Made by a program: the position numbers and the translations under genes | The notes under the pieces: model-generated | The model's input: the letters and a program-made list of their open reading frames with translations, nothing else | Database searches by the model: none | Told to the model about the DNA's origin: nothing | Assembly (NCBI GenBank): GCA_937910285.1 | Contig: CALEOC010000153.1 | Location: 15,481 to 79,480 of the forward strand | Direction of reading: 5' to 3' | Length of the DNA stretch: 64,000 nucleotides | DNA from: an uncultured Myxococcales bacterium | GTDB taxonomy: Bacteria; Myxococcota; Myxococcia; Myxococcales; UBA5297 | Shown: one piece after another, positions 49,615 to 59,622 of the stretch | How positions within the stretch are numbered: position 1 is the stretch's first letter | How the letters are laid out: the number at the start of each line of letters is the position of its first letter

Positions 49615-50415
49615 ATGCCCCGCCTGAGCAGATGGGTCCGCGCCGTGCGCGGCGGCGGCCTCGATGGCAAGCCGATAACCTTCAAGCCCGACTGGATCGG
49701 CCGCGCCCTGCCTCGCGCCGGCATCCTGCCGCCGGACGAAGCCGAGGCGGCGATCCTCGCGGGCCGCGTCTCGCTCGCCGGAGAGCTCGTCGTCGATCCG
49801 CTCGCGCTGCTCTCGCCCGACGACGAGGTCCTCCTCGACGGCCGCCGCGTCGATCTCGCCGCGCCCACCTTGGTCCTCGCCTTCCACAAGCCGGCCGGCT
49901 GCGTCGTCTCCCGCCGCGACGACCGGGACCGCCAGACGGTCTTCGACCACCTTTGCGCCGCGCTGCCCGAGGAGCTGCGCCGCTACGGCTGGCACGCGGT
50001 CGGCCGCCTTGACCTCGACACGACGGGCCTGCTGCTCTTCAGCAACGACGAGCGCGTCGTCCGGCACGTCACGCTCCCGGAGACGCACCTCTCGAAGCGC
50101 TACCTTGCGCGGGTCTCCGGCTCGCCGACCGACGAGCGGCTCGAGCCACTGCGCCGGGGCATCATGCTGCACGACGGCCCGGCGCGACCGGCTCTCGCCC
50201 GCGTCCGCGGCGCGGATGAGGTCGAGCTGACCATCACCGAGGGCCGCCGCCATCAGGTCAAGCGCATGCTCAAGGCGGTCGGCCTGCCGGTGCGCGCCCT
50301 GCACCGCGAGGCGATCGGCGGGCTCGATCTCGACCTTCCCCAGGGCGCCTGGCGGAGCCTCTCCACAGCCGAGCTGCGCGAGGGATTGGGCCTCGCCCTC
50401 GCGCCCCGCATCTGA
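49615..50415 (+). CDS. rRNA pseudouridine synthase (RsuA/RluB family)
   Basis: HKPAG, VGRLDLDTTGLLL, KRYLA and EGRRHQVKRM motifs. Confidence 0.92.
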   Translation: MPRLSRWVRAVRGGGLDGKPITFKPDWIGRALPRAGILPPDEAEAAILAGRVSLAGELVVDPLALLSPDDEVLLDGRRVDLAAPTLVLAFHKPAGCVVSRRDDRDRQTVFDHLCAALPEELRRYGWHAVGRLDLDTTGLLLFSNDERVVRHVTLPETHLSKRYLARVSGSPTDERLEPLRRGIMLHDGPARPALARVRGADEVELTITEGRRHQVKRMLKAVGLPVRALHREAIGGLDLDLPQGAWRSLSTAELREGLGLALAPRI

Positions 50416-50555
50416 AGACCCGTCACGACAGCGCGCGTCCGCGGCAACTCGAGCTTCTCCAGAGCAAGCCGGGCCATGTCGAGAGGTCGCGGGAATTGGC
50501 GCTGCGGCGACCGAGGCTTGTCCGCCCACCTGCCGGGCTCGCCAGGAAGCGATAG

Positions 50556-50736
50556 GACCTTGTCCGACCGCCGCAAAGCCTTGTCGGGCCACGACAGGAC
50601 CTTGTCCGACCGCCGCAAAGCCTTGTCGGGCCGCGACAAGACCTTGTCCGACCGCTATAAGAGCTTGTCGGGCCGCGACAGGACCTTGTCCGACCGCAAA
50701 AAGAGCTTGTCGGGCCGCGACAAGACCTTGTCCGAC
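50556..50736. repeat. 42-bp tandem repeat (2 x 21 bp), about 4.3 copies
   Basis: GACCTTGTCCGACCGCCGCAAAGCCTTGTCGGGCCGCGACA(A/G)-type units start at 50556, 50598, 50640, 50682 and 50724. Confidence 0.92.
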
Positions 50737-50922
50737 TGACGGACAAGCCTTCAACACCGCGAAACATGACCGTTTTTCCGACCGACAGGATATCGCCGGC
50801 CTCAGACATACTCGTCGAGCGCTCCAGCAAGGCCAGCAACATGCAGGTGACTAGGTGGTTTTTCCGTCGGACAAGGCCTCGCAGTGCTCCGACAAGGTCT
50901 CGCAGCCGTCCGACAAGCTGCC

Positions 50923-51042
50923 GCCCTGCACCGCGAGGCCATCGGCGGCCTCGAGCTCGACCGTCCCCAAGGCGCCTGGCGGATGCTTTTCACGGCCGAG
51001 CTGCGCGATGGATTGGGCCTCGCCCTCGCGCCCCGCACCTGA
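50923..51042 (+). pseudogene. Diverged duplicate of the last 120 bp of the pseudouridine synthase gene (50296-50415)
   Basis: Ungapped alignment with about 12 mismatches, ending at the same TGA. Confidence 0.9.
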
Positions 51043-51205
51043 GCCCTCAGCCGTCCGGGCGGTCGGGCGCTCGGATCGTTGTTCACGGTAAGTGCTAGCG
51101 GTTGAACCAAACGCCCACCCGGTGCAGTCTGCCCCTTCCCGCGTCGCGCCCCCCCGCGCAAGGCGTCGCGCCGCGCCCGTGTCCCCCCTTGCACAGGAGT
51201 CTGCG

Positions 51206-52096
51206 ATGAAGCGAATCGTGGCCGCCGCAGTTCAGTTCGCCGTCAAGCCGATGGCCGTGGAGGAGAACCTCGAGACCGCTCACCGGCTGCTCGTCGAGTG
51301 CCACGCGAAGTCCGGAGCGAAGCTCTTCGTGCTTCCCGAGAGCTTCACGACCGGCTTCACGCCCGTGGGCACCAAGCAGGACCTGTGGAACGCGGTCGAC
51401 ACCATCCCCGGCCGGCTCACCGAGGTCGGCGTGCAGTGGGCGAAGGAGCTCGACGGCTACATCGTCTTCCCGACCTACGAGCGCGGGGAGACCCCGGAGA
51501 TCGTCTACAACTCCGCCGCGCTCATCGGCCCTGAGGGTCTGCTCGGCGTCTACCGCAAGACCCATCCCTTCGCCAACGAGCGGCTCGAGGGCGACCGCGG
51601 CTGGACGACCCCGGGCCGCACGCCCTTCTGCGTCGAGACCCCGATCGGCCGCATCGGCATCGTCATCTGCTACGACGGCGACTTCCCCGAGCTCGCGCGG
51701 GCCACCGCGCTGCTGGGCGCGGAGATCATCTGCAGGCCCTCGGCCTTCATGCGCACCTTCGATCACTGGGAGCTGACCAACCGCGCCCGCGCCTACGACA
51801 ACCACGTCTACTGGGTCGCCGTGAACGTGGCCGGCCCCGACGCGAGCGGCGCCTGCTGCTTCGGCGGCTCGATGATCGTCCACCCGAACGGCGTCAAGCT
51901 CGCGCAGGCGCGCGGCAGCGACGAGAGCTGCTGGGCCGAGCTCGACCCGGACCCGATCCGCACCGTGACCCCGAACAGCTCGAGCGAGCAGTGGTTCGAT
52001 CACCTCGAGGATCGCAACCTGAACGCCTACGAAGGCATCCTCACGGCTGGAAAGAGCGCTTTCGAGCCGGCCCGCCGCATCCCGTACCGGAGGTAA
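51206..52096 (+). CDS. Carbon-nitrogen hydrolase (nitrilase/amidase family)
   Basis: Catalytic triad motifs LPE, YRKTH and ICYD; RAYDN. Confidence 0.92.
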   Translation: MKRIVAAAVQFAVKPMAVEENLETAHRLLVECHAKSGAKLFVLPESFTTGFTPVGTKQDLWNAVDTIPGRLTEVGVQWAKELDGYIVFPTYERGETPEIVYNSAALIGPEGLLGVYRKTHPFANERLEGDRGWTTPGRTPFCVETPIGRIGIVICYDGDFPELARATALLGAEIICRPSAFMRTFDHWELTNRARAYDNHVYWVAVNVAGPDASGACCFGGSMIVHPNGVKLAQARGSDESCWAELDPDPIRTVTPNSSSEQWFDHLEDRNLNAYEGILTAGKSAFEPARRIPYRR

Positions 52097-52100
52097 GCAA

Positions 52101-53285
52101 ATGTCAGGGCCGTTGGAAGGAATCGTCGTCCTCGATCTCACTCGCGTCCTCGCCGGACCGTTCTGCGCGATGATGCTCGCCGACATGGGCGCCGAGATCG
52201 TCAAGGTCGAGCGCCCCGGGGCCGGCGACGACTCGCGCGCGTTCGGGCCGTTCGTCAACGGCGAGAGCGCCTACTTCATGAGCATCAACCGCGGCAAGAA
52301 GAGCGTCACCCTCGACCTGAAGAAGCCGCGGGGCAAGGAGTTGCTCGTCGAGCTGGCCAAGAAGGCCGACGTGCTCGTCGAGAACTTCAAGCCGGGCGTG
52401 ATGAAGAAGCTCGGGCTCTCGTACGAGCAGCTTCGCGAGCACAACCCGCGGCTCATCTACGCGGCGAGCACCGGGTTCGGCCAGACCGGCCCCTACAGCG
52501 CGCGGCCGGCCTACGACCTGGTCATCCAGGGCATGGGCGGCATGATGAGCATCACCGGCCCGAACGCGCAGACGCCGACCAAGGTCGGCAGCTCCATCGC
52601 CGACATCTTCGCCGGGGTCTTCACCACCATCGGCATCCTCGCCGCGCTCAACCACCGCCACCGCACCGGGCAGGGCCAGATGGTCGACGTGGCCATGCTC
52701 GACTGCATGGTCGCCATCCTCGAGAACGCGGTCGCCCGCTTCGTCGCCTCGGGCAAGAGCCCGACGCCCATCGGCAACCGCCACCCGTCGATCGCCCCGT
52801 TCAGCACGGTGACGACCGCCGACGGGATGATCTCCATCGCCTGCGGCAACGACGAGCTGTGGAAGCGCTTCTGCAAGCTGGCCGGCCTGGAGCTCGCCGA
52901 GGACCCGCGCTTTGCCACCAACCCCGAGCGCGTCGCCCACTGGGCCGAGCTCGAGCCGCTGATCAACGAGGCGATGAAGAAGCAGCCCTCCGCCTTCTGG
53001 CTCGAGACGCTGCAGGCCGCCGGCGTGCCCTGCGGGCCGATCAACGACATCGAGGCGGTGCTCTCCGACCCGCACGTCCTCGCGCGGCAGATGCTCGTCG
53101 AGGTCGTCCACCCGGTCGCCGGCGCGATGAAGGTGCCAGGCGTGCCGACCAAGTTCTCCGAGTCGCCCGCCGAGGTTCGCGGCCCGGCCCCGACCCTCGG
53201 ACAGCACAACTTCGAGGTCTTCGGCAAATGGCTCGGGCTCGGCGAGGCGCAGGTGCGCCGGCTCGTCGAGGAGAAGGTGCTCTGA
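52101..53285 (+). CDS. CaiB/BaiF family III CoA-transferase
   Basis: DLTRVLAGP, NRGKKS, ENFKPG, GFGQTGP and AYD motifs. Confidence 0.95.
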   Translation: MSGPLEGIVVLDLTRVLAGPFCAMMLADMGAEIVKVERPGAGDDSRAFGPFVNGESAYFMSINRGKKSVTLDLKKPRGKELLVELAKKADVLVENFKPGVMKKLGLSYEQLREHNPRLIYAASTGFGQTGPYSARPAYDLVIQGMGGMMSITGPNAQTPTKVGSSIADIFAGVFTTIGILAALNHRHRTGQGQMVDVAMLDCMVAILENAVARFVASGKSPTPIGNRHPSIAPFSTVTTADGMISIACGNDELWKRFCKLAGLELAEDPRFATNPERVAHWAELEPLINEAMKKQPSAFWLETLQAAGVPCGPINDIEAVLSDPHVLARQMLVEVVHPVAGAMKVPGVPTKFSESPAEVRGPAPTLGQHNFEVFGKWLGLGEAQVRRLVEEKVL

Positions 53286-53313
53286 CGGTCGAGAATCGAA
53301 GGGCGAGGGCTCA

Positions 53314-53453
53314 AGAGGTGTCGAGAAATCTCGCTCGAGCTCGGCCCACTCCCCGTTCGCCCGATTCGCCCCGCGCGTAGTCGGGGGGCACTTCGACTCC
53401 GCTCAGCGTGAGCGGAGCTGGACGGAGTCGAAGAAGGGTTTCTCGACGGTTCC
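53314..53453. mobile_element. MITE-like element
   Basis: TCA|AGAGGTGTCGAGAAATC...GGGTTTCTCGACGGTTCC|TCG. Confidence 0.7.
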
Positions 53454-53719
53454 TCGGGTTTCGCCCCGACTTGGCAGGGGCGCAGGATGCTGCGCCCGTC
53501 TGGAAAGTGCGCACCGGCTTCCACCCCGCGGCACGACAAGCCGCAGCGGGCCTCTATCCGCCCGGCCTGCCTTTCGCCACGCCCGCGACGTGACACAGGT
53601 CGAGCGGCTCGGGTTCTCTCGGCGCCAGCCCCTTGAAAAACCGCTTCAATCCCGCCCTTGCAGGCGTTAGATGTTCGCACCCTTATCTTCCGGCGCACAC
53701 GCGCCCGATGGATCGAGCC

Positions 53720-54445
53720 ATGGGCATCTTCGACTTCCTTTCCGGCAGTCCCGAAAAACGCATCAAGTCCCTGCAGAAAAAGATCACCGAGAAGTACGGC
53801 CCGCCGGAGAACCGACAGAAGGCGCTCGACCAGCTCATCGAGATGGGCTCGCCCGAGGCCATCGGCGCTCTGGTGATGCGCTTCACCGTCAACACCGAGC
53901 CCTCGATCACCGACGCGGACGAGAAGGAGTACACCTACAAGTCCATCCTCGAGTTCGGCGAGAAGGCGGTCGGGCCTGTCGAGGCCTTCCTGCGGCGCCG
54001 CGACGTCGCCACGAGCTGGGCGGTGCGGATGCTAAGCCAGCTCATCCCCGAGACCGACCTGGTGAGCCTGCTCATCGACGTCCTCGAGAAGCTCGGCCCC
54101 GAGTACACCCGCGATCCCGAGAAGAAGACCGTGCTCCTCAGCACTCTCGGTGAGCACAAGGACGAGCGCATCCCGCCCGCGCTCATCCCCTTCCTTGAAG
54201 ATCCGTCGGACGACGTGCGCATCGCCGCCGCGGTCGCGCTGGGCAAGCAGAACGACGAGCGCGCCCGCGAGCCTCTGCTCAAGGCCTTCGTCGAGTCGAG
54301 CGATCGCGCTCGGGTGATCGCCGCCATCACCACCACGCTCGCCGACACGGGGTTTGGTGTCCAGGGCTTCCGCGAGAAGGTCGAGAAGGGCCTTCCCGAC
54401 GGCTTCTTCGTCGACCGCTCCGGAGTCGTGAAGCGCCGCGAATAG
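53720..54445 (+). CDS. HEAT repeat protein
   Basis: PALIPFLEDPSDDVRIAAAVALG repeat; strong codon bias. Confidence 0.8.
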   Translation: MGIFDFLSGSPEKRIKSLQKKITEKYGPPENRQKALDQLIEMGSPEAIGALVMRFTVNTEPSITDADEKEYTYKSILEFGEKAVGPVEAFLRRRDVATSWAVRMLSQLIPETDLVSLLIDVLEKLGPEYTRDPEKKTVLLSTLGEHKDERIPPALIPFLEDPSDDVRIAAAVALGKQNDERAREPLLKAFVESSDRARVIAAITTTLADTGFGVQGFREKVEKGLPDGFFVDRSGVVKRRE

Positions 54446-54635
54446 CGGGCAGGCTAGACGGCACGCTCGCCCTTCGCGCGGAACGCTCCAGCGTCGGGCA
54501 GAAATCTCGGTCGCCGGCGGTCAAATGTCGCCCAGCAGACAGTCGTAGGCCCTCTTCTGTTTACCGACCGACACTTGAGTCGAGTCTCTCGCCCGACCGG
54601 GTTGATCTCTGGATTGGACGCGCTTAGATGGGGGC

Positions 54636-56276
54636 GTGAACCTCCAAGACGACAAGTTGACAAAGCCGCGGCAGCGCCGGCGCTCTCAGTCTGGCGAGAC
54701 GCTCACCGCGCTGCCCCCCGTGACCCTCGAACGCATGGCCCGCTCGCTCGTCCGCACGAGCAGTCCGAGCGACGTCATCAAGGAACACCTCGCCGCGATC
54801 CACGAGTTGGTCCGAGCGAAGTCGACCTTCGCCTCGCTCTTCGAGCCGGAGAAGGGGCTGCTGGTCCTCGCCGGTTCGCGGGGGCGCGCCGACGAGGCGA
54901 AGCTCGTCGCCAGCGAACCCGGCGAAGGGACCGTGGGGCAGGCCTTCTCGTCGGCGACGATCGTCGAAGACGAGGACGGGCACCTCGCCGTCCCGCTGCT
55001 CGACGCCGGCCGCGCCGTCGGGGTCTTGAGCCTGCTCGGCGCGCGGAACAAGGCGAGCAAGGAGGTCTGGAGCGCCCTCGCCGGGCACCTCGTCGCCGGA
55101 CTCCACGTCGCGCAGCTTCGCGACGCGAGCCTGCGCCGCACCCGCGACCTCGAGACCGCGCTCGCCGGCCTGAAGAGCCTCGATGAGACCCGCGACAAGC
55201 TGATCGGCAACGTCTCACACACGCTCAGGAGCCCGCTGGCGACCATCAAGGCGAATGTCGAGCTTGGCCTGATGAACCGGCTCGGCGAATTGACCAAGAA
55301 GCAGCGCACCGCCTTCGAGGTCTGCCACCGCAACTGCGACCGGTTGGCGCGCCTGATCAACGACATGCTGCTGATGAGCAAGCTGCAGGGCGAACGCATG
55401 AAGCTCTCCGACAAGCCCTTCGGCCTGCGCGCTCTCGCCCAGGAGGCCGCCGGCTCGCGCGCCGGGCTCACCTCGCTCACCAACACCACCATCGACGTGC
55501 AGCGCGCCAGCGAGGTCTACGTCAAGGGCGACCGCGAACGGCTCCTCGAGGCGGTGGCGCACCTGATCGAGAACGCCATCCTCTACAACCGGCGCGGCGA
55601 GCGGGTGGAGATCTGTGTTGGAGCCGAGGACGGGATCGCGCTGCTGCAGGTCAAGGACCACGGAGCCGGCATCCACCCGGACGACCTGCCGAAGATCTTC
55701 GACCGCTTCTTCCGCGGGCCCGGCACGACGCCGCTCTCCGGCGGCTCGGGCCTGGGCCTGGCGATCGTGCGCCAGATCGTCCACGCGCATGGCGGGGCGA
55801 TCACCGTCGAGAGCACACCGGGCGAGGGAGCGACCTTCACCGTGAAGATGCCGCTGTTCGCCGGAGCGGTCAGCGCCGCCTCCCGAGTCGTCGAGCCCCG
55901 CGACGGGGTCATCCTGCTCGTCGAGGACGACACCGACTGCCGGGAGGTGGTCACCCAGGTGCTCGAGTCGGAGGGCCTGAGCGTCGTCGCGACCGCCGAC
56001 AGCGCGGGCGCGCGCGCGCTGCTCACGGCCTCCAAGCCCGCGCTGGTGCTGCTCGACCTGCGCCTGGGCGAGGGCGACGGCCGCCGCGTGCTCGAGCACA
56101 TCCGGGGCGACGCGGGACTTGCCAACACGCCGGTCTTCGTCATCTCCGGCGCCGCCGATTCGGCCGCGGGCTTCCTCTACGACGGCCCCGAGCGCATCGA
56201 CGGGTTCTTCGAGAAGCCGCTCAACCTGCCGCGGCTGCTCGACCGGATCCGAGAGTACGTGCGCGTGGTGGCGTAG
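54636..56276 (+). CDS. Hybrid sensor histidine kinase (GAF-HisKA-HATPase-REC)
   Basis: SHTLRSPL H-box, ENAILY, DHGAGI, GSGLGL; receiver domain VEDD, LLDL and KP. Confidence 0.93.
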   Translation: MNLQDDKLTKPRQRRRSQSGETLTALPPVTLERMARSLVRTSSPSDVIKEHLAAIHELVRAKSTFASLFEPEKGLLVLAGSRGRADEAKLVASEPGEGTVGQAFSSATIVEDEDGHLAVPLLDAGRAVGVLSLLGARNKASKEVWSALAGHLVAGLHVAQLRDASLRRTRDLETALAGLKSLDETRDKLIGNVSHTLRSPLATIKANVELGLMNRLGELTKKQRTAFEVCHRNCDRLARLINDMLLMSKLQGERMKLSDKPFGLRALAQEAAGSRAGLTSLTNTTIDVQRASEVYVKGDRERLLEAVAHLIENAILYNRRGERVEICVGAEDGIALLQVKDHGAGIHPDDLPKIFDRFFRGPGTTPLSGGSGLGLAIVRQIVHAHGGAITVESTPGEGATFTVKMPLFAGAVSAASRVVEPRDGVILLVEDDTDCREVVTQVLESEGLSVVATADSAGARALLTASKPALVLLDLRLGEGDGRRVLEHIRGDAGLANTPVFVISGAADSAAGFLYDGPERIDGFFEKPLNLPRLLDRIREYVRVVA

Positions 56277-56279
56277 GTG

Positions 56280-56323
56280 AGTTGGGAGTTGGGAGTTGGG
56301 AGTTGGGAGTTCGGAGTTCGGAG
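56280..56323. repeat. Heptamer tandem repeat (GAGTTGG/GAGTTCG), about 6 copies
   Basis: AGTTGGGAGTTGGGAGTTGGGAGTTGGGAGTTCGGAGTTCGGAG just after the kinase stop. Confidence 0.9.
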
Positions 56324-56693
56324 CAAAGAGCCAAGGCTCCGGGCGCACGCGTTTCCGCGCCCCTTCCCCCCGGCGGCCGGCGCTCAAACAAAAAGGGGCG
56401 ATCGCGCGGCATTTCGGGACCGGATCGGCCCGAGAAGGCCCCTGGCCGGCCCGTAGAGCGATTTTGCCCCGCCAGGCTTGCTTTCCGGTCGAGCGGCGCT
56501 CCTTGGGCCATCCTCGCGCCCCACAGGCCCCTTCCCGAGGTCTGGAACTGGCGCTCCAATCAGCCGAAACAACTGCGGATTTTCGTCCGCTGCGGCCGGC
56601 GCCGGGGAGGCGGGAGGGAGCACCGTCTCGGCGGGCCCGCGGGCGCGCATGGCAGAAGAGGCGCTGAGCGAGGCTTCAGAAGGATTCTTTGAT

Positions 56694-56795
56694 GGGCGCA
56701 TTGCCAAGCGCCCGTACCGCCCTGCGACCGATCGCTGCGGCCTCCTGCGAGGCCCGTCGGCCCTCGACCCTTGACTCTCGACTCTCGACTCTCGC
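56694..56795 (-). repeat. Composite heptamer plus REP-like palindrome (reverse orientation)
   Basis: Minus strand reads GAGAGTCGAGAGTCGAGAGTC...GCGATCGGTCGCAGG...GTACGGGCGCTTGGCAATGCGCCC. Confidence 0.7.
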
Positions 56796-56874
56796 CACTG
56801 TGTTTGCCCCAAAAGCGTTCACCGGTGTACCTTCCCCGCGCTAGTCGAGGAGACGGGCCGGGGCGACAGGCACC

Positions 56875-59430
56875 ATGGGTGAGATGGAGATAGTGGAGAG
56901 CTCGGCTGCGCAGGAGCGACCCGAGGCACTCGAACGCGACCTCGGCCCGTTCGCGCGCGCCTTCGCCGACAGATACTTCGCCCCTATCCCCTTCCCCGAG
57001 GACGGGGCGCGCCTGCTCGCTCGCCTGTCGAAGGAGGGCGAGGTCGTCCACGTCATGCGCTCGGCGGGGATGCTCAATTTCCTCTACCTCGCCTGGGCCG
57101 TGCTGCTGCGCGGCCTGCCGCCGCTGCGGGCGACGACCGGCTTGCGCTGGAGCTTCTGGAGCCCGTTTCGCCGCCTGTTTCGCCGCGGCCGTGTCGCCGA
57201 GCGCCTGCGGCGCGCCCTCGACACTGGCAACTCGGCGCTCGTCTTTTTGCGCCAGTCCTCCGGTTGGATCCCGCGCCTCGAGCCCAAGGACGACCCGTTC
57301 CACGCGCTGGTGGCCCGCGCGCGCAAGTCCGCGCGGCCGCTGTTCCTGGTGCCCGAGCTCTTCCTGTGGCACGCGCGGGCCCGAAACCTGCGCCCTGGAA
57401 TCCGCGACTTTCTCCTCGGCAGCCCCGAGGACCCGAAGCGCTTCGTGACCGCCTACGGCTTCCTGCGCAACTACCGCAACGCCTTCTTCCGCGTCGGCAA
57501 GCCCGTCGACCTCACCGCCTTCGTGCACGAGAACCCGGACCTCACCGACGCCGCGCTCGTGCGCATGGTGCGCGGCTCGCTCTTCCAGCACCTGGCGCGC
57601 GAGACCCGGGCCATCGTCGGCCCGCCGCGCAAGTCGCCCGCCCGCATCATCGAGGAGACGATGCGCGACCGCTCGCTGCGCGCCTCGCTCGAGCAGGTGG
57701 CGACCGAGAAGCAGGTCGAGATCGAGGCGGTGCGCCGCGAGGCGCGCCGCTGCCTCGAGGAGATCGCCTCGCGCTACAGCACCACGGTCATCGCCCTCCT
57801 GGTGCCCCTGCTGCGCTGGGTCTTCAACCGCATCTACTCCAAGGTCGAGATCGACGAGAAGGGGCTGAGCCGGGCGCTGGAGACCGCGCGCGAGGCGCCG
57901 CTCATCTTCTGCCCGAGCCACAAGAGCCACCTCGACTACCTGCTGATGAGCTGGATGCTCGGCGAGCGCGGGATCATGCCTCCGCTGGTCGCCGCGGGCG
58001 CCAACCTGTCGTTCTGGCCGCTCGGCCCCATCCTGCGGCGGGCCGGCGCCTACTTCCTGAGGCGCAGCTTCAAGGGCAACAAGGTCTACGCGGCCAGCTT
58101 CAAGGCGTACGTCAAGAAGCTGCTGCGCGAGGGCTACACCCAGGAGTTCTTCATCGAGGGCGGCCGCAGCCGCACCGGCAAGCTGCTCTCGCCCAAGCTC
58201 GGGATGGTCAACTTCGAGGTCTCGGCCTTCCTCGAGCGTGCCCAGCACGACGTCTACTTCGTCCCGGTCTCGCTCGACTACGAGAAGGTGGTCGAGGCCA
58301 ACAGCTACGCCCGCGAATTGGCCGGCGCCGACAAGAAGCCCGAGTCGATCCGCAGCCTGCTCGCCGCGCCCAAGGTCCTGACCGCCCGCTACGGCCACAT
58401 CCACATCTCGTTCGACGAGCCCATCTCGCTGCGCGCCTTCCTCGGCTCGCGCGCCGGCGGGCAGCTCGAGGGGCTCGACGGCGAGACCCGCCGCTCCGCG
58501 GTGCGCGCCCTCGCCCAGCGCATCACCTACGGCATCAGCCGGGCGACGACCATCACGCCCGCGGCGCTGCTCGCGGCCTCCCTGCTCGCGCACCGGCGCC
58601 GCGGGACGACCGCCAGAGAGGTGAGCCACCGCATCCACCGGCTTCGCGAGATCGCCCGGCGCGAGGGAGCCCGGCTCTCCCCGGTGCTCGACGATGCCCC
58701 GTGCGACCCCTCGAGCCTCGGCCCGATCAACGAGATCGCCCGCATGTTCATGGAGGACGGCCTCGTCGACGCCCAGGTCGTCGGTGAGGAGACGATCTAC
58801 ACGGTGCCGGACGAGAAGCGCCCGGCGCTGTGCTTCTACAAGAACAACCTGGTCCACATCGCCCTCGGCCGCACCTTCACCGCGACCGCGCTGCTCTCGA
58901 TAGGAGACCAGGCGCCCCTTGGCGCGCTGCTCGAGCGGCTGCATTTCCTGACCCGCCTGCTCAAGCTCGAGTTCTCGTTCCAGGTCGGCATCGGCTTCGA
59001 CACCATCGTCGAGCGGGCCATCGAGGCCCTGGTCGCCGACGGGCTGATCGTGCGTGAAGGCGACCTGATCCGCGTCGCCCCGGCGCCGCATGCCTGGTCG
59101 GACCTGGGGTTTCTGCGCGACCTGATGCGCGAGCTGCTCGAGAGCTACCGCCTGCTCGCCTCGAGCCTGCAGTCGGCGCGAGAGCCGACCGCGCGCAAGG
59201 AGCTGGTCAAGGCCGCCCTCGAGCGCGGCCGGGCCGAGTTTCTCTCGGGCTCGATCGCCTGCTACGAGGCGCTCTCCAAGCCGACCCTTGAATCGGCCGT
59301 GGCCGTCTTCATCGACTGGGGCGTCCTCGAGCAGAGCGAGGACGAGAAGACGGTCTCGCTCGCCGAGGCCCACCGTGCGCCCGAGGCCACCGATGGCCTC
59401 GCCGAGCAGATCGCGCGCTTTCTCGGCTAA
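56875..59430 (+). CDS. plsB: Glycerol-3-phosphate acyltransferase (PlsB/GPAT family)
   Basis: PSHKSHLD, AAGANL, GAYFLRR and FFIEGGRSRTGK motifs. Confidence 0.88.
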   Translation: MGEMEIVESSAAQERPEALERDLGPFARAFADRYFAPIPFPEDGARLLARLSKEGEVVHVMRSAGMLNFLYLAWAVLLRGLPPLRATTGLRWSFWSPFRRLFRRGRVAERLRRALDTGNSALVFLRQSSGWIPRLEPKDDPFHALVARARKSARPLFLVPELFLWHARARNLRPGIRDFLLGSPEDPKRFVTAYGFLRNYRNAFFRVGKPVDLTAFVHENPDLTDAALVRMVRGSLFQHLARETRAIVGPPRKSPARIIEETMRDRSLRASLEQVATEKQVEIEAVRREARRCLEEIASRYSTTVIALLVPLLRWVFNRIYSKVEIDEKGLSRALETAREAPLIFCPSHKSHLDYLLMSWMLGERGIMPPLVAAGANLSFWPLGPILRRAGAYFLRRSFKGNKVYAASFKAYVKKLLREGYTQEFFIEGGRSRTGKLLSPKLGMVNFEVSAFLERAQHDVYFVPVSLDYEKVVEANSYARELAGADKKPESIRSLLAAPKVLTARYGHIHISFDEPISLRAFLGSRAGGQLEGLDGETRRSAVRALAQRITYGISRATTITPAALLAASLLAHRRRGTTAREVSHRIHRLREIARREGARLSPVLDDAPCDPSSLGPINEIARMFMEDGLVDAQVVGEETIYTVPDEKRPALCFYKNNLVHIALGRTFTATALLSIGDQAPLGALLERLHFLTRLLKLEFSFQVGIGFDTIVERAIEALVADGLIVREGDLIRVAPAPHAWSDLGFLRDLMRELLESYRLLASSLQSAREPTARKELVKAALERGRAEFLSGSIACYEALSKPTLESAVAVFIDWGVLEQSEDEKTVSLAEAHRAPEATDGLAEQIARFLG

Positions 59431-59622
59431 TCATCGCGCCGGCGAGCGAAGGGAGGATGAAGCTCCAGCTTCGTCGTCGTCGCGAGATCCGACGGCCGCC
59501 GAGACGGCGCCGGTCCCTGCCCCTCGCGCCCCGGCCGCGCCAGCCCCTCAACAACACTCGGGTTTTGCGGCGTCGAGCCCTCGACTTCGCGGGGGCGGAC
59601 TGGTTTCGCCTCGTCGGAATGA

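Noticed and set aside
50556-50736. Possible CRISPR array
   Set aside because: Units are contiguous with no unique spacers, and no cas genes are present.
50296-51042. Possible diversity-generating retroelement TR/VR pair
   Set aside because: Mismatches are not adenine-specific and there is no reverse transcriptase in the window.
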